DNA of 64,000 bases. Origin: Macrostomum lignano. Lineage: Eukaryota. Position 1 is the first letter of the stretch; each line of letters opens with the position of its first letter. A model generated the notes under the pieces. The model made no database searches. It was not told the DNA's origin and saw only the letters and a list, made by a program, of their open reading frames with translations. Position numbers and translations under genes: made by a program. Where the stretch lies: NCBI GenBank assembly GCA_002269645.1, contig NIVC01003808.1:1-64000 (forward strand). The letters are read 5' to 3'. Of this stretch, positions 62,301 through 64,000 are shown in pieces.

Positions 62301-63016
62301 AGCCGACCGCCGCTGGCGCTGTCACGTCCGACTCTGAGACCGGTTTGTCCTCACAAAATCATTTTTATCATGAAATTTTGTTTTTAGTACTCAAGTTATT
62401 ATCTTTTAATTAACCCGTTGATATAAAGGTAAGTAGAGATTTTTTAATTTACAGAATCTTTTGAAAGATTTGCTGCCAATTGATTTTCTTATATATTAGC
62501 ATTGAGTTGAGTAATCTATCAGTTGTTGTGTACTTATTTCTACTAACAGATATGCATGTTTGCTTAATATTGTCTTTTGTGTGTTACCTTACTCCAAAAC
62601 TCACCTGTTTGTTGTGATTAACATTGTCTTCGATAAAATTTGAAAAACTATCCACTAACAGACAGCTCAGTGCGGCAGCAGCCGCAGAAGCAGCAGCAGC
62701 CGCAGGAGCAGCAGAAGGCGAAGTCGCTTCAGCGGCACGAGTCTGACCGCCTCGCCGAGGCTCAGAGGCAGCTAGGTTAGTAGCGCTTAGACTGGCTTGG
62801 GCTAGGGCTAACACCGCAGTACTTTAGCTGTTGGAAGCTGGTGTAGATATTTATGTTCAGCATCCTGGAATCATTAATTAGTTAGTTAATTAATTAGTTA
62901 ATTTCTAATTAACCAACCAACCCGCGTTGGCGTGAATTCTTCCTAATTTTCAACAGCCACTGGCCCAGCTAAGAGCGCCACAGTTGACAGGGCCCAGTCT
63001 CAGCGTCTGGCAGGAG
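59342..63016 (+). CDS. ADD1: Adducin (hts-like), first 5 coding exons; continues beyond the window
   Basis: Exons 59342-59830, 60612-61643, 61880-62342, 62662-62775 and 62957-63016 with concordant phases. MDQRKRVSLILNSEAFKQELE, GERLLRCKLAAVYRL, class II aldolase-like head (HSARPDVRSV; ILIVRNRGAFALGETLEEA), RTGYAY and NPNQFAP. Confidence 0.93.
59925..60530. repeat. 21-bp minisatellite CAGCCATAAAGAATCGCCCCT in adducin intron 1
   Basis: About 28 units including a longer internal duplication. Confidence 0.93.
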
Positions 63017-63584
63017 GTATTTTAATCAGATTTATTATCCAAATTAACGATTGGCACTTAATTGCAATTGACTACTATCAAATATTTGTAGCGCACTTAA
63101 CAACATAATCTATTAGCTAAGCAAAAGATTTATATTAAGATTATGCAAGTACGAGTATTAATTATTTACTTTAATCTGATGGGTTGTGTTTATTTCGAAA
63201 CCTGGAGAGCAAGAACTTATTCAGATTTTAGCGCTGCTCTGCACAAGTTGTCGCTTCCCTTCCTTTGGTGTCGTGTTGTTTACTAATTGTTAACTTTTTT
63301 AATCCGTACGATTACCAAATTTGTGTGTTAGATTAATTCCTGCTACCGGGCGTTTGATTGTCGCCTAGCTTAATTGGTTTGCGTTTAACATTGAGATGCC
63401 CATTTGCTACAGAGCAGTGTACATCGAATTCAGGAGGTCGCTACTACCTATTAAGGCATCTGTGTTTACAAGCACCAACCTCATGGAACCTTAGATCTTC
63501 CCAGTGACGTTTCCTAGAAATGAGATCTCTCATTAGATCTCCCAGTGACGTTTCCTTGTCAAGCCCTATACACCCCTTTCTATC

Positions 63585-63940
63585 CCTACCCCACTCCCCC
63601 ACCTCGCACCCTTTCAATTCCTACCCCACTGTCCCCCACCTCACACCCTTCCAATTCCTACCCCACTGTCCCCCACCTCACACCTTTTCAATTCCTACCC
63701 CAACTGTCCCCACCTCACACCCTTCCAATTCCTACCCCACTGTCCCCCACCTCACACCCTTTCCATTCCTATCCCACTGTCCCCCACCTCACACCCTTTC
63801 CATTCCTATCCCACTGTCCCCCACCTCACCCTTTCCATTCCTATCCCACTGTCCCCCACCTCACACCCTTTCCATTCCTATCCCACTGTCCCCCACCTCA
63901 CACCCTTTCCATTCCTACCCCACTTGGGCCCCACCTCACG
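63585..63940. repeat. ~37-bp C-rich minisatellite (CCACTGTCCCCCACCTCACACCCTTTCCATTCCTATC) in an adducin intron
   Basis: About 9-10 units. Confidence 0.92.
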
Positions 63941-64000
63941 CCATCTAGGATATCATAATAAAAATTCAATGCAGAAACTAACTCATCTTTCATGTTGTTT

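Overview
Eukaryotic genomic DNA with GC-rich spliced exons and minisatellite-filled introns. The style resembles the flatworm Macrostomum; this is an inference and was not checked. Exon chains were reconstructed by hand, with GT-AG sites and phases checked. Genes from left to right: a PLAC8/cornifelin-like gene with an in-frame TAG (+); then six co-oriented minus-strand genes, namely BACE-type aspartic protease, SDF4/Cab45, Arp2, Ral GTPase, intronless OLA1 and a 9-exon gene of about 1041 aa ending in a TASOR/FAM208-like domain; and the 5' part of adducin (+). The AT-rich stretch at 37.5-59 kb contains a three-level nest. A young pol-less LTR retrotransposon (744-bp LTRs, CTAC TSD, tRNA-Leu PBS, PPT) sits in one arm of an older inverted-repeat element, and a hAT-like element (12-bp TIRs, 8-bp TSD) sits inside it, splitting an unexplained accessory ORF that has its own TATA box. 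The same stretch holds a non-autonomous Helitron and a MITE. Best leads: (1) Ral has two alternative last exons, one ending CCC-SLL and one polybasic ending CEIL, mirroring KRAS4A/4B; (2) the promoter-bearing accessory ORF of the LTR element; (3) a TASOR-like (HUSH) domain protein; (4) about 2 kb of stuttered micro-duplications inside the hAT element; (5) splice acceptors 3-6 nt before most start codons, suggesting SL trans-splicing.
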